64,000 nucleotides of DNA, taken from contig CM052817.1 in the NCBI GenBank assembly GCA_028534125.1, positions 54,686,001 to 54,750,000 on the forward strand, read 5' to 3'. The position numbers and the translations under genes are program-made. The notes beneath the pieces are model-generated. The model was given only the letters and a program-made list of their open reading frames with translations, did no database searches and was not told where the DNA came from. This document shows positions 13,140-25,849 of the stretch, piece after piece. Origin of the DNA: Lama glama (lineage: Eukaryota). Positions within the stretch are counted from its first letter, which is position 1. Each line of letters begins with the position of its first letter.

Positions 13140-13505
13140 ACTACTAATTCTGCCTTAGGTTCTCTATGTTAGCTTTCCTGCTATCTGGATGTTAATCTGC
13201 AAAATCTTTGCATAGTTGACATCTTCTTATCACTTAGGTTTCAGCTTAGATGTCATCTCCTTGGAGAGGCCTCCTTTCATCCTTAGACTAATGTGGTCCC
13301 CCAGCCTCATTCACAGTCTATCATAGTATCTTGTTTTATGTTCTTCAAACACGTGTTACTATCTGAACTATCTTTTGCATCATGATTCTTGTGATTCACT
13401 ATTCATTGTCTGCCTTCTACAACTAGAATGTAAGAGTGAGTTTAAGCTGACAGCAGGGACATCTTCTCTACATACTGGCAGATACAAAGAATATATACAT
13501 TTCTT
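13140..13505 (+). mobile_element. L2a fragment, 3' part (continues 10790-11038)
   Basis: 'tttcagcttagatgtcatctccttggagaggcct', 'attgtctgccttctacaactagaatgtaag', 'gcagggac'. Confidence 0.8.
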
Positions 13506-15329
13506 AAAAAATCAAGTTGTACACTTTAATATGCAATTTTATTTGTTAGTAATACCTCAGTAAAGAAAAAGAAAATGAGATAGAACTTTGTATTAGGACC
13601 TAGTGAAAATCAACAGAGATTTATGTGTTAATTGACATGCACTAGAGAAGCAAAATTTGCAGCAAAGTGCAAGAGAAGATGTTTAAGTAGAACAGAAGAA
13701 CTGGGGAGCTGTCATGATCCTGGGGTCAAGAAATACATACTTAAGTGTGTGTCTGTTTGAGGATGAATTACTAAGAAGACCTAAAACGTAAGCTAAAGGA
13801 TCAGCTTTATTTGGACTAAGAAAAAAATTCCAGCATTTAGGGTAGAAAGAGTCCTCTTTTGGACTGAGATATAAGTGCAAATTATACTATTAAATTATCT
13901 GCATATTTTGAAATTTCATTATCAGTGTGAAGTGTTCTATATGAAAATGGTTACTAATTGTGTTTTTTGGTTGTCTATTTAAGTTTATACTTAACATTTG
14001 CTTGTGCGGTAACTCTCAAATGACTAGATACACAGATTAATATATTTTTTGGCATGTGATGATAATAAATACTGTTTCATTATTGAATAAATAATAATCC
14101 ATTATTGCTGAATGAATAAGAAATGAATCCAAGAATAAATCCAGAGACAACACTGGTGGAAGACAAGGCTGAGAGCAAGTTGGGATTTAAAAGGTCAGAG
14201 AGAAGCTGTGTGAGAATGTAGCAGTAGACTCATCTTGAATTATATTCACTGAGAAAACAGGAGACTACTATATCATTCTCATTGTCTGCACACGGTGTTA
14301 GAACAAAGTGGAATAAAGTTAATGTCTTCAAGGGAGAGAAATCTGTCATTTCCCTGACTGCAAAACTGCATCCATAACTCTAACAGGACATCTTACAACT
14401 TGAAACATATGGCCAACAAGCTCTGGCATATTGCTGAAAGTAATCTGACTGAGCAGGCAACTTTCACCTTTCTAATGAAAGTAACCATAACTCCTGGAGT
14501 TGATGTAATTTTGGATTTAGGGACCAATCTCAATCATACGTGGACATTTTGCTACTTTTTGAAAAGCGCTATGCAAATTGTGCAGTCGTGTTTGTTCAGA
14601 TTTTTTTTGTTCCAAATTGAACTCAAACTGAATACAGCTTAATGCTACTTTCCTTTTTGCCTGCAAAAACAAGCTATACATTCATATAAGCATATGTAGG
14701 AGAAAAAATTGTGAAAGTGTATTACTGTGAAATCCCAGTTCACTTTGAGAGGAAGTAGAGAGTGTGTTGATGTTGTATTTAGTCTGTGAGTAATGCATTC
14801 TTCCATATTAGGGAGATATGATATAATTGTAAGTCATATCTGGGAAGGCTAATAGTCATTTCTAAGAAGAAAAATAGAGTAATATTTTAAAATACATCCT
14901 TTCCTATGGTAGGTAAATATTTCATTTTCAGGGTTTTCTGAAAAAATCAACATTAAAATTTTCTGAAAAATGATTTACTCTAAAGTTTTACTTTTTTCTT
15001 TAGTATTTTAAAGAAACAGGGCAAGCAAGCTGCCTTGAATAATGTAAGAATTAGACAACTCAGTGACATCCACAGACTTACTACTCTGTTATTTTTGTTG
15101 TTGTTCTTAATTATTTTCTATTAAGATCTGTATTAAAATACATATTTAGTAGGTATCTATGAAAATATCAAGAAATATTTAGTGGTACATTTTCATCATT
15201 TTATGACATCACTGGGTGTGTTACTCTAGACTTCTGTTAACAGCATGCACGGCATGTACAATATGAAAATATCTTTGTATCTTTTTAAAAAGTGCATGTC
15301 AAAACTTTTACGACCAATTGCCTTGATGG

Positions 15330-15615
15330 AGCACACAGGCTGAAAGGTGGAGATCATGTTCAGTGCATTGGAAGCCTGAAAGTGTTGAGACTGTTAAATG
15401 GTGGTATTAAAGGACAGGAGATGGGATGTGCTGGTTTAGAAAAGCTCAGACCCAACTAGAAAGGGCAGTTGTTGGAAATCTCAAGCTAAAACATAAGCCA
15501 AGAAATAGAGAAATAATAATGAGTTACAAAAATGCAACATTAGGCAGCACAAGCATCTGAGTTTGGAATAATGGAAGATATGGTGTGGGGAGCAGAATAA
15601 AGGAGGCTGGGACAC
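15330..15615 (-). mobile_element. Decayed L2 fragment
   Basis: Purine-rich reverse-L2 pattern ('ggtttagaaaagctca...', 'gttggaaatctcaagctaaa'); weak match. Confidence 0.35.
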
Positions 15616-15779
15616 ATTTAAGAGAATATTTTGAACAGAGTGTGAAGGTTTAAACACTTTTCTTTCAACACATAATTCATAAGACAGTAAAATAAAAGAA
15701 ATCTGTAAATATCTTAAAATATCTGCTCTCCAGATATTAATATATCTGGGATATATGAACGATTACGTCTAGTTTTAAA

Positions 15780-16010
15780 TAAGCAAGGCAGAGCTATCCT
15801 GAAGGAGCTGGCATGAGAGAGGGAGCACAGCCCGGAAGGAACTCTCCTGAATCAAAGAAGACAGGCAGAACTTTAGATCCCTGCTGCCCTCCATTGTCCA
15901 GTCACCCACCCACCCTTCGGTTGGCTACATTTCCCTAGAAGCTAGAGAAAAAGGAGCTGGAGATAGAGGTTCAGACAGTTCTGAGAAGAAACAAGCAAAT
16001 GACTGGCAGA
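15780..16010 (-). mobile_element. ERVL LTR fragment (LTR33-like)
   Basis: 'ttggctacatttccctagaagctagagaaaaaggagc' resembles the reverse complement of the core of the LTR at 47673. Confidence 0.45.
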
Positions 16011-16020
16011 TGTTATTTTT

Positions 16021-16959
16021 TGTATTAGTTTCCTTTTGCTGCTGTAACACATTACCATAAACTTAGTGGCTTAAAATAGCATACAGGCAGACCTCAGAGA
16101 TATTGCAGGTTCAGGTCCAGACCACCACAGTAAAGCAAATATCACAAAAAAGCGAGTCAGAGGAATTTTTTGTTTTCCCAATGTTATGAAAGTTACGTTT
16201 ACATTATACTGTAGTCTACTGAGTCTGCAATAGCACTAAGTCTAAAAAAATGTACATACCTCAATTAAAAAATACATTATGGCTAAAAAATGCTAACCAT
16301 CATCTATGCTTTTAGGAAGTTACAATCTTTCTGCTGGTGGAGGGTTTGAAATATTGTAAGAATTACCAAAAGGTGACACAGAGATGAAAGTGAGCAAATG
16401 CTGTTGGAGGAGTGGTGCTGATAGACTTGCTCAATGCAAGATTGCTACAAACCTTCCATTTGTAAACAAAACAAAACGAAACAAAAACAGTATCTGCAAA
16501 GTACAATAAATCAAAGTACTATAAAATGAGGTATACCTGCTACTATATTATCTTACAGTTCTGTCGGTCAGAATCTGAAATGAGTCTCACGAGGCTAAAA
16601 TTAAGATGCCTGATAGCTTGAGTTCTCCTGGAGGCTGTAGAGGAAAATATATTCCTTGCCTTTTCCAGCTTCTAGAAGCCATCTACATTCCCTGGCTCCT
16701 GACAGCATCACTCTGACTTCTAATTCCATTCTTATACCTCCTTTTCTAAAACTCTGACCCTCTTGCCTCCCTGTTATAAGAAAACTTGTGATCACCTTGG
16801 GCCCATTTGGATAATCCAGAATATTCTCCTTTTTTTGAGAACCTTAACTCAGTCACTTCTGTGAAGTCCCTCTTGACATGTAAGGTAACATGTTCATAGA
16901 TTCAAGGGATTAGTACTTAGTGACATCTTTGATGGGGAAGGTGCATATTCTGCCTAACA
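16021..16959 (-). mobile_element. MaLR solo LTR (MLT1C/D-like) split by a Tigger1 derivative
   Basis: Starts TGTATTAGTTTCC..GCTGCTGTAACA..TTACCA.AAACTTAGTGGCTTAAAA, resumes at ~16540 'tattatcttacagttctg', and ends 'attctgcctaaCA'. Confidence 0.9.
16084..16539 (-). mobile_element. Tigger1-derived internally deleted DNA transposon (Tigger1a-like)
   Basis: TA|CAGGCAGACCTC...GAGGTATACCTG terminal inverted repeats; colinear with the copy at 444-788. Confidence 0.92.
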
Positions 16960-17964
16960 TATCCCTTTCCTCAGTTTTGTAGGTTTTTATTCCCTGTTTT
17001 TACCCATTGTTGAGTCATCATATTGTAAGAAGTTAAAGTATGAACAGATTAATATTTGTCTGATTTCCTGGTATTTAGAAATTTTCAGTTTCCAAATATA
17101 GGCCACATTACTTTTTTTAGCAGATTTTAAATGTAGGTAGGACCTAAAAAATAAATAATTTATCAATATTTATTGAATGAATTTTCTGCCATCAACCTGT
17201 GATAAATTTCAAAGTAGAGGTTAGATAGATATAAAAACTTAACTTACAATAACATGTTAACTTTAGGATATCAAGACATTGCTAATAATATGTAACATTA
17301 TGATCATAATATGTATCAACTATGTATTGAAAACTATTACAGAATACTTTAATAAATTGATTTATATGGTAATCACTCAGAAGAGTATTAAAAATGATCT
17401 ATACCTTCAACAGCAATCTCATCTTATAAAGAACTTGGCTCCTTTTATTTAAGATCTGAATGAGAGCCTTGAAGTTTATGCTGTTTTTTTTTTTCCTCAG
17501 TTTCCACTCCCAACTTTTTTTGGGTCCAAACTCCACACTGTTGATTTAAGATTTCCAAGATTAAGACTTGTTTTTACTGCTTCAATGATTATAGCTGAAT
17601 GCATCTAAATTCACAGAGCCAAAGGTAATATTAGGAGTTCCCTTATTTCTTTCCACAAATACTTTTAGGATCAGATCTGCTCCCATTCCAAGCATAGATT
17701 GTAGTGTCAGGATGCAAGGAAGTGGTCTGTGGAGTAAGCAGAGGTCCAAGTGTATCCAGCAGATGTTTCATTTAAGAGGTGCCAGAAAAGCAGAAAGCTT
17801 AAGGAAGAAACAGACAATGTTGCATGTGAGAAACTAAAACTACATATTCTGTAGCTCAGTTTCCCAACAAAAGGCAGAAAGGAAGAACAATGTAGCTGTC
17901 AACCACCAACTTGAGATAGCATTTAAACTCAGAGAAGGAATGGGAGAAAAAAAAAAGGAAGGAT

Positions 17965-18430
17965 GGCAGTGATTAAAAAATGAATTACTAAGTCATGAAA
18001 AGACACAGAAGAAGCTTAAATGCATACTTGTGTAGAAAAAGAAGCCAGTCTGAAAAGGCTACATTTTGTATAATTTCAACTATCTGACATTCTGGAAAAG
18101 GCAAAACTAAAGAGACAGTAAAAAATGTCAGTGATTGCCAGAGGTTTGGAGGGATGGAGAAAGGGGAGGGTGAATAGGTGGAGCACATGTAATTTTTAGA
18201 GCAGTGGAACTATTTTGTATAATACTGTAATGGTGGATAAATGACATCATGCGTTTGTCAAAACCCATAGAACTAACACAGAAAGAGTGAATTCTAATGT
18301 AAATTGTGGATTTTAGCTAATAATAATGTATCGATATTGGTTAATCATTTATAAGAAATGTGCCAAACTAATGCATGTTAATAATAAGGGAAACTATGAG
18401 GGAGGAGGAAAGGGATATTGGAATTCTTTG
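17965..18430 (+). mobile_element. L1 3' UTR (L1MC1/2-like)
   Basis: 'gaagccagtctgaaaaggctaca', 'gacattctggaaaaggcaaaacta', 'tttgtcaaaacccatagaa', 'aatgtatcgatattggtt'. Confidence 0.88.
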
Positions 18431-19339
18431 AGAAAAAAAGTGCGTAGATCTGAGGTCTTTTTAGGTGGAAAGAATGTCTGGATGACAGAGTTGACCACTG
18501 GACTGACACAGAGATTCTGGACTCTACCAAAGGAGTTAGTTTCTAGGCTGAGTTTTGCTGGAATATAATCTTGCTGTAAAGGATCAACAAAGAGCCTGGT
18601 TTCTTGTCCTCATAGCATATTTCTCTCCTTCAATTTTTTGTTACTGCACTTTGGACACTCTCTTCGTAGATTTTCTGAAGGGAAATTATTTTTATGACTC
18701 TCACTGATCTCTTAAAGCAAAGAACATATTCCCTGAAATTGAGGCACACCTGTTTGACTTCTGTCTACACTCTACCCATGAGGGTATTTTATCTCATATT
18801 TGAGATACCTTGAATTTGTCATTTGTAGCTCAGTTATGACCATATATATCCCCTCTTGTACCAACTTCTTATGGTAACAGTCCTCAAATGACTTAAAATT
18901 GTTTTGGAGACATTACTGGTTCTCATTAACTCATTTGTGAGTCCTCTGCAAGGAGATGAAGTTTCCAGTATTGGTAGAGAGTAACCACTTCACTGTAGAA
19001 AATATGGCTTAATTAGCTGAGAGTAGGAGAACATTGTCATCAGTATGTCTAAATATTTGTGAGTCTGTGCTCTCTGGGTTAAATATTCCATAAAAGTTTA
19101 AAAAAAGCTTTATATAAAAGTTAAATCTGCATTAAGTGGATATATACAACATAAGAAAAACACTTTTTTTCCAGTGAGTTTAGATCTATAAATATGACAA
19201 AATTTCTTTTAGGGATTTTCCTTGATTTTTATAGAAAATCAATTGCTTATTTATCTGAAATCAAGATTAATAACATCTTTAATCCTGTACATAAATATTT
19301 ACAATTAGTTTTAAAAAATATAAAATTGTAAATACTGCT

Positions 19340-19600
19340 CAAAATAAAATTAGCAACTTGAAGAAGCGTATGGTGAAAATAGAGATTTTGCTTATAAACT
19401 CTCCAACTCCCCAGTCACACTTCCCAGAGTATTTTCTATATAATAATTTCTAATGTATCTTTTCAGAATTATTTATGTATATACAGACTTCTATATTTTT
19501 GTGAGTATGTAATGTATATTTGAAAAAAATATGAGACTCACACACTATATATAAATATATAGACATTTTTCAACATTACCTCATGTAATACTCCATCAAT
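19340..19600 (-). mobile_element. Decayed L1ME-type 3' end
   Basis: 'ccccagtcacacttcccagag...tgtatcttttcagaattatttatgtatataca'. Confidence 0.45.
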
Positions 19601-22600
19601 CATGTGTATATGGGTATGCATGTGTAATGTGTGTACATACAAGTATGTTTTTGTGGTTCAGGAATATACATCTGAGAGAAGCATTCAGACTTGCCTTTAA
19701 TGATTAGAATGTACCCCTAATGGTGATCACCTGATACAATAAACAGCTTTGTCTAGAGTCATGTAGCTTATATGATAGAATAGAGAAAAAGTTCCTACAG
19801 ATCACTAAGGTTCAAGAATGGATTTCCTGAGCCAATGTCAGCCAGTCTTGGCTTCACAAATTTACTGCAGTCTTGGAGTATTCCGAACAGGACACTTAGA
19901 ACACTTCAAAAGTTTATATCTGGCTGTTGGCCAAATAATACAGTCTTAGTTTGACTGTCAGTGGAAAATATTCAATTAGACGAAAGTGCAGTGGAATGAG
20001 CTCTTCCTACAGGATTGAAACTCAACAAAATATTGCCATATAATTTCAGTAGGATCAAATTTCTCATAAAGAAATGCCACTCTGAATGCTAAATGAAATT
20101 AAATGGGCTTTATTTTCTGGCAATAGCCTTATAGATAGATTATAAACCTCCTTCATTCCAAAGATGTCTTATTTTTATTCCAGAAATCCAGAATTAGAAG
20201 GCAGCAAATTGTGGTCTTTAGAATCCTCAGGAGAGACCTTGGTAAGTGGAACTATTTGTATTTTTTGGCTACATCACAGGCAGCTCAATAGTTACTCAGT
20301 AATGTACCTCATTTTTCCAAATAAGAAACCCTTTGCATATCTGTACAGTTTGGAATGGGAAAGCAGATTTAAAAACCAGTTCATGACTAGATGTTTATAA
20401 GATCTATTAATATTAGTCAAAGTTTATTCACCATACAGGCGAAAAGTATTAACCATTTGCTTTAGAGCCAGTGCCTTTTAAAGACCTTATGATCACCAGA
20501 ATATTTTTCCTTGCATACTCAGTGCTACTCTATGCAATAAATTAAACACACCCCCACACACCCCCACCATCAAGTGATTAACAAGGAGAACTCAATTTTA
20601 GTCACTTAGCACAAATGCAAGTCATTTGTTAAGAAGGAAAATGCATAAAATGCGGAAGTCATGGGAAGTGAAAAGCTAACATTTAGTTGCCTCTATATAG
20701 TTTAATTTAAGGTTGCTTTGAATTTCAGATGTAGAACTTTTGATGATAGGATAACAGGGAAGGGGAGCATGAATGAATTACAAGAGAGGCTTGTGGTTGG
20801 GTAAGAGAGGTGCTTTCCCCTTTATTTGCTTTTGTGAGAATCTTTTCTTAATTGCATCTTTTGGCTTTTTCAAGCAACAATTACATTGCTTGATGTTGTT
20901 TTATTGTTGAAACTGCCCACAGAGATGGCTTGTGCTAACTCTAGATATCAGAAAAAATGCCAGAAATTCGATGCTTTATTCTATTAACAGGTACAAAAGC
21001 AAGATACCAATTTACATAATTTTAATTTTGGTGCAGAAAAATACGAAAGAGCTATATCAGCTTATTCTTTTGATATGAGAACTCCATCCTCTTAATTCTG
21101 GCGTGTCAGTGGTTATTGTAAATGTTGCAAGACACCCCAAAATTTGAATAGTAAGCCTAGCTAACAGCAAAAGTTGGGACTTAGGCAAATTACTGTCCGA
21201 TTTCTATTTACCCCACCACATGTCTCTCGTTCAGTTCTTCACTAAGCACTATCCAATACTCTGTTTTTCTGCCCTTTTCTAAGTGGATTTGCTCTGCATA
21301 CATTCCTTTATCTTTCTGAGATTATGAAACTACTTTAAATATTCACTAGTTAATTTTACATAATCCATGTTAGAATGGCAGTGAATATCAGAGGACTGGA
21401 GAAAATCATCTTCAAAGACCCATTCTTTTCTCATTTTGTACTCTCATTTGGAAGAATGCACATATATATTTATATATATACTTAATTGTAGGATATTAAA
21501 ATATAAAAATATGTAAAGAGGAAGTCTTCATAGTTGTTAAGCTCTGGGTGGTAGCATCTGTTAACAATTTCATGTCTACCCAAGAGTTTTTATATGAAAA
21601 ATAGTAATTTAATCTATCTATACTATATATGTTCTCTGTAATATTTTCCATTGTAAATCAACTGTACTACAATTAAAAATGCTTATTTTGTTATTTGTGA
21701 TCAATTCCCCCCCAAAAGTTTCTCACTGTTTACACTTACACTTTTTTTGCAGTAGTCTTTTGATAGAACCCTGTTGGATATTTGACACCAAGCAGTAAAA
21801 GCAGTTTACGAAGGTAAACTAAAAAGGTAAGGCAGATACTGTTGGTTATGCCCTTTCAACTTCTCTAGTCTATGTGATACATATGCAGGGAGGTTTGCCA
21901 TATTTAAGACAGTGTCCTCCAGCCAAGAAACTTTAAGGGAGCAGTGCTTAATCTATTTTGGCAATCAAGCTTTGAGAGGTTAACTGATCTTATTTTTACA
22001 CATTGCTAACTACTGAAGAGTTCATGGGTTTGAGTATGAAACTCAGCAGAGAAAGTCAAGCAGAGGGTTTGTCAGTATATGTGTTAAATGTGTTCTTTGA
22101 CTATGAATGAATTTTACTGATCCAAGTGTAAACTATGTAAAATGAAAGATGGCAGCACTTGGGGAGTCTTATTTTCAGAGCACATTATATCTACACCTAG
22201 AGCTGCAATCCAGAATGTCCAAAATTGATGCTTCAATGTTATGAACTGGTAAATAATAGTATTTCTGACTGGACTATATTATATTAGACTTTTTTTTTAA
22301 TATTCAAACAATGCTTTCAATTCTGTATGAGTTCATGGATTCCATCCAATATAAATTAAGAGTACGTGTTTTCTTTTTTAAAAGGAATAATAGGGAAGAG
22401 GTAAACTTGACACTTCTGCTTCCAGAAAGTCATGCCCTTATAGAATCTTCCAACTAATTCAATCATTTAGGGTAGTCAGCTGCAATAAACATTTTAGTTC
22501 TTCCAAATGAGAATATATTAACATTGGGTTTTGTGATTTCATTAAAAAAAGAAGAAAAGGAGGGAACATTTTATGTTACATCATTTTCTTCAAGGAAGGA

Positions 22601-22874
22601 AACAAACAATCTTATTACTGGGGAAAATTCTAAATCAGTGCCTTGGCATAGGCCTGAGGGCCAAAATGGGATCTCCTACTCTGCCCCACCTCTGCTGCTG
22701 AAGAAATCTAAGACAGCGAGTGAGGCAGGGCCACCCTAGGAGGTGGGCATGTTTCCCTACAGCCAGGCCGCAGTGAGCACAAAGCTCAAGAGAAAAGATG
22801 GAATGGGACTCTCGTCTTTAAAGCACAGTGGAAAAATGAGATCCACGAAATGCCCAGGTTCTCATCAATAATAC

Positions 22875-23116
22875 TGATGAAAGTAATGCTTACATAGTGT
22901 ATCTCAAGCACTCTAAAACACGCATGCTATATATATGTAGTTTCCAAGCACCTCCCATAGAGTAACTCATTGAATCCACGTAACAACTCTGCAAGGTAAG
23001 CACATAAAAGAAAATTGAGGTCGAATGAGGGTATCTGCCCCAAATCATGTTATGAGCTGGGATTTGAATCTAAACAGTTTGGTTCCAGAGCCAGTGCTCT
23101 TTGCCATTTTGCTGTA
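22875..23116 (-). mobile_element. MIR SINE
   Basis: 'aactcattgaatccacgtaacaactctgcaaggta', 'gagctgggatttgaatctaaacagtttggttccagagcc'. Confidence 0.8.
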
Positions 23117-23227
23117 ATTTTGTCCAAGGGAGAGTGTGAGGGTGGGACAGAGGAAAAAGAATTTGGTATCAGTTGACAAAAGGGTGATTAATCTGACATA
23201 AGATAATAAGTTTAATCATATCCAAAA

Positions 23228-23416
23228 TTGATTGCATACTTATTATATACTGGGTACCTTAATTTAATCCTCAAAACAATCGTTTGAGGTATGTACTTAT
23301 TAACCCTGTTTTGAAGATGAAAAATCTAAGCAAGAGACTAAGTAACTTATCCAAGCTCAACAAGTTGATAACTTGTGAAATTAGAAATCATGACTATGTT
23401 TTCATTCACTATTCTA
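23228..23416 (-). mobile_element. MIR SINE
   Basis: 'atttaatcctcaaaacaatcgtttgaggta', 'gatgaaaaatctaag', 'taagtaacttatccaag'. Confidence 0.8.
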
Positions 23417-23606
23417 GTCTGCTCTGCTATCTGTGAGTAGGGGGACATATTCCCCCCAATGCTCCCTGATCCTCTGTCCTGTCTTAGCACACTGGATTAC
23501 CCAGAGAGTCTACAGTCATCCAGGATGTGATACTTCCTTTTGGTAGGGAGGAGCCAGTAGTCTTTCTTTAAAGACAGTCCTCGGTCCATCTTGGGCTTCT
23601 GGTTGA

Positions 23607-23700
23607 CACACACACATACAGGTGCGTGCGCACACACACACACATTTTAATTATATAATTGTAATACAATTATAATATAATTATATAATTATAATACAAA
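23607..23700. repeat. Interrupted (CA)n followed by AT-rich low-complexity (TATAAT-like) repeat
   Basis: Read directly from the sequence. Confidence 0.85.
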
Positions 23701-25311
23701 ATGAAATTCCCTTGCTGATTGGAGAAATCCAATTTCAAAGATGTTAAATCCTGAATTCATCTATATATATATTATCCCTTTCAGCAATAGAAGTCTTAAT
23801 TTTATGCTAATATTAGTAGCTTTAGTCTGAGCCTTCTTCCACTCTTAGGGGAAATTTTCTAACCCCAAACTCTTCCTGTTTTTCACTGTTCCAAAATTCC
23901 CATGGGAAGTTTTGCATTAGCTCCACCATCCAAAGCTGACCTTAGTGTGAGCTCTTTCTGGTATCAGAGCCTCCATCTTCACTCGTAAGTAGGGTGCTTT
24001 GCCTTTGTAGCAGCTAACTCTTCAAGCGACATTAATTGTCCTGATTCCACACAAGCCAACACATGCTCTTGTCTATTTTTTTAAACACAAATGGATCCCC
24101 TATTTTTTGCCTTGTGCTGTAGGACCTACTACTTCTACCTTCTAAGGAGGCTTTCTCCAGGTACTCTCACTGAACTAACTGGAGGCCATTCTTGACAGAT
24201 TCCTGAATTTAAGATGCTGTTATTGACATTTCTAAACTTACGTGTTCAGCAACTCAGGGAATAAAAACTATATATATTTTTTGCTGCTCCACAAAATTGT
24301 GTTTCCTGTCAGAGTTTTAATTTTCCAAGCCATAATTTCTTTTATTAGCTATTTCAGAAGCACCAGAAAAACATTTTCTACTTCCTTTACTTGTAAAGCA
24401 AGGATTCCATTTTCCAAGGCTTCCATTTTTTTCCTGATTTACCCCAGTCCTCTCAAAAGTTTAAGTTAAAAAAAGTCCAATCTACTTTTTAATTGCACAG
24501 GTTTCTTGTTTGGTTTTTTATAGGAAGAATACCATATTATTGGTAAAATTATTATTATTTTCTTTTTGTTTCAGGTTTAGACATTTATTCCGTGAGAATA
24601 CTCTTCTATATTCTGCTTTGTTGGTTTCTTTGAAAGCCAATGAATAGTAGGTCTCTCCAAAGCATCTGTTACATTAAACAAACCAGCCAAGGAGCAAACA
24701 AAATAAATAAAACAAAACCTCCTTATCCTCTTCCTGCTTGTGGCATTTTTACATAGGAGCTAAATTTGCAAAACAGTCTTTGACAAAATTGTCTCATCTG
24801 GCTTCTTTTTAGTGGATTTGGTCTTTCTTCTGTCTCCCTTTCATCTTACCTGAGCCTTCACATAGGGCAGATCTGATTCCCCATGTGCGATAACTCTATC
24901 CCTTTGAAACTACTAAATGGTTTTGGAAATATTCATCCATGATTTTCCAGCTTTCCCTGTTTCAGATATGTTCACATCTAATGAAAGTGATCCATTCATG
25001 AAAAATAAGTTCCCCGATTGTTCCAATTACTAAATCTTTTCTATGCTTTCAGAGAGAGCCTCAAAAGTGTCTTTGTTTTGTCTCCCTCTTGGAAAGTCAA
25101 TTCAGTTTACTTTGGGAAATCTTATTATTCTTTTATGTTGCTGTGAGTCCTGAGCATGTTCTCTAAGAAAACAATTCTGATATGTTCACTTTTCTACACT
25201 CATCTTTAAAAGAATTTGTAGTTGGGTATATCATTTTTCCTTTTTTTAAAATATCTGTCTAGCTTAGCCTCTAGCTTTCTCCTAAGGAAATTTCTGACTT
25301 TCCATAGGTCA

Positions 25312-25476
25312 ATAGACTGGGATTTCAAAATTGTAGAATAGATAAACAAGATTACACTATAGCACAGGGAAATATACACAAAATGTTATGATAAATCACA
25401 GAGAAAAAAATGTGGAAAAAATAAAAATAAAAAAAAAATAAAGTCTGAAAAAAAATAAAAAAATAAATAAAAAAAA
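25312..25476 (+). mobile_element. Short young (camelid-type) L1 3'-UTR fragment with bipartite A-rich tail
   Basis: 'gaatagataaacaagattacactatagcacagggaaata' is homologous to the reverse complement of ~49090-49125; it is followed by a ~60-nt A-rich tract. Confidence 0.8.
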
Positions 25477-25849
25477 TTAGTGTATCTGCCTTCATTTTTA
25501 TTTCCCTTTCCCATTATTCTTACTGAGAATGTATAACAAATCTTTTTTTTTTAAGTATCCCATATTTTAGTCAGTATGAAAATAGAAGAAATGTGAAAGA
25601 CAGAGATTGTTAACTTTCTTTCTGTTCTTTGCCAGACCAGCTGCTATCTAAATTGACTATCTAAATCTGGATTGATCTAAATGGTACAGTTAATTAAACA
25701 ATGTGGTGTGTACTTAGGAGTACCTATTAGAAGCGTTAATGCTCACTGGCATATATCCTGACCCCAGATGCTAGGAGACTTTGAACTCCTTTGATTACTT
25801 TCTTCCTTAGAATTGGGTTCCAATTATTGGAAATTGAAAGGTATCTATA

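Noticed and set aside
22728..22749. GC-rich near-palindrome GCCACCCTAGGAGGTGGGC as a CTCF site
   Set aside because: About four mismatches or a register shift against the CCRSYAGRKGGC core on either strand.
24560..24580. Recursive splice site (pyrimidine tract-CAG|GT)
   Set aside because: The regenerated donor GTTTAG is a poor match to GTRAG.
24555..24700. Minus-strand AATAAA followed by an A-rich tract, resembling a processed-pseudogene tail
   Set aside because: No TSD and no recognisable coding sequence upstream. The surrounding 24.2-25.3 kb may be decayed L1/HAL1, but I could not support a call.
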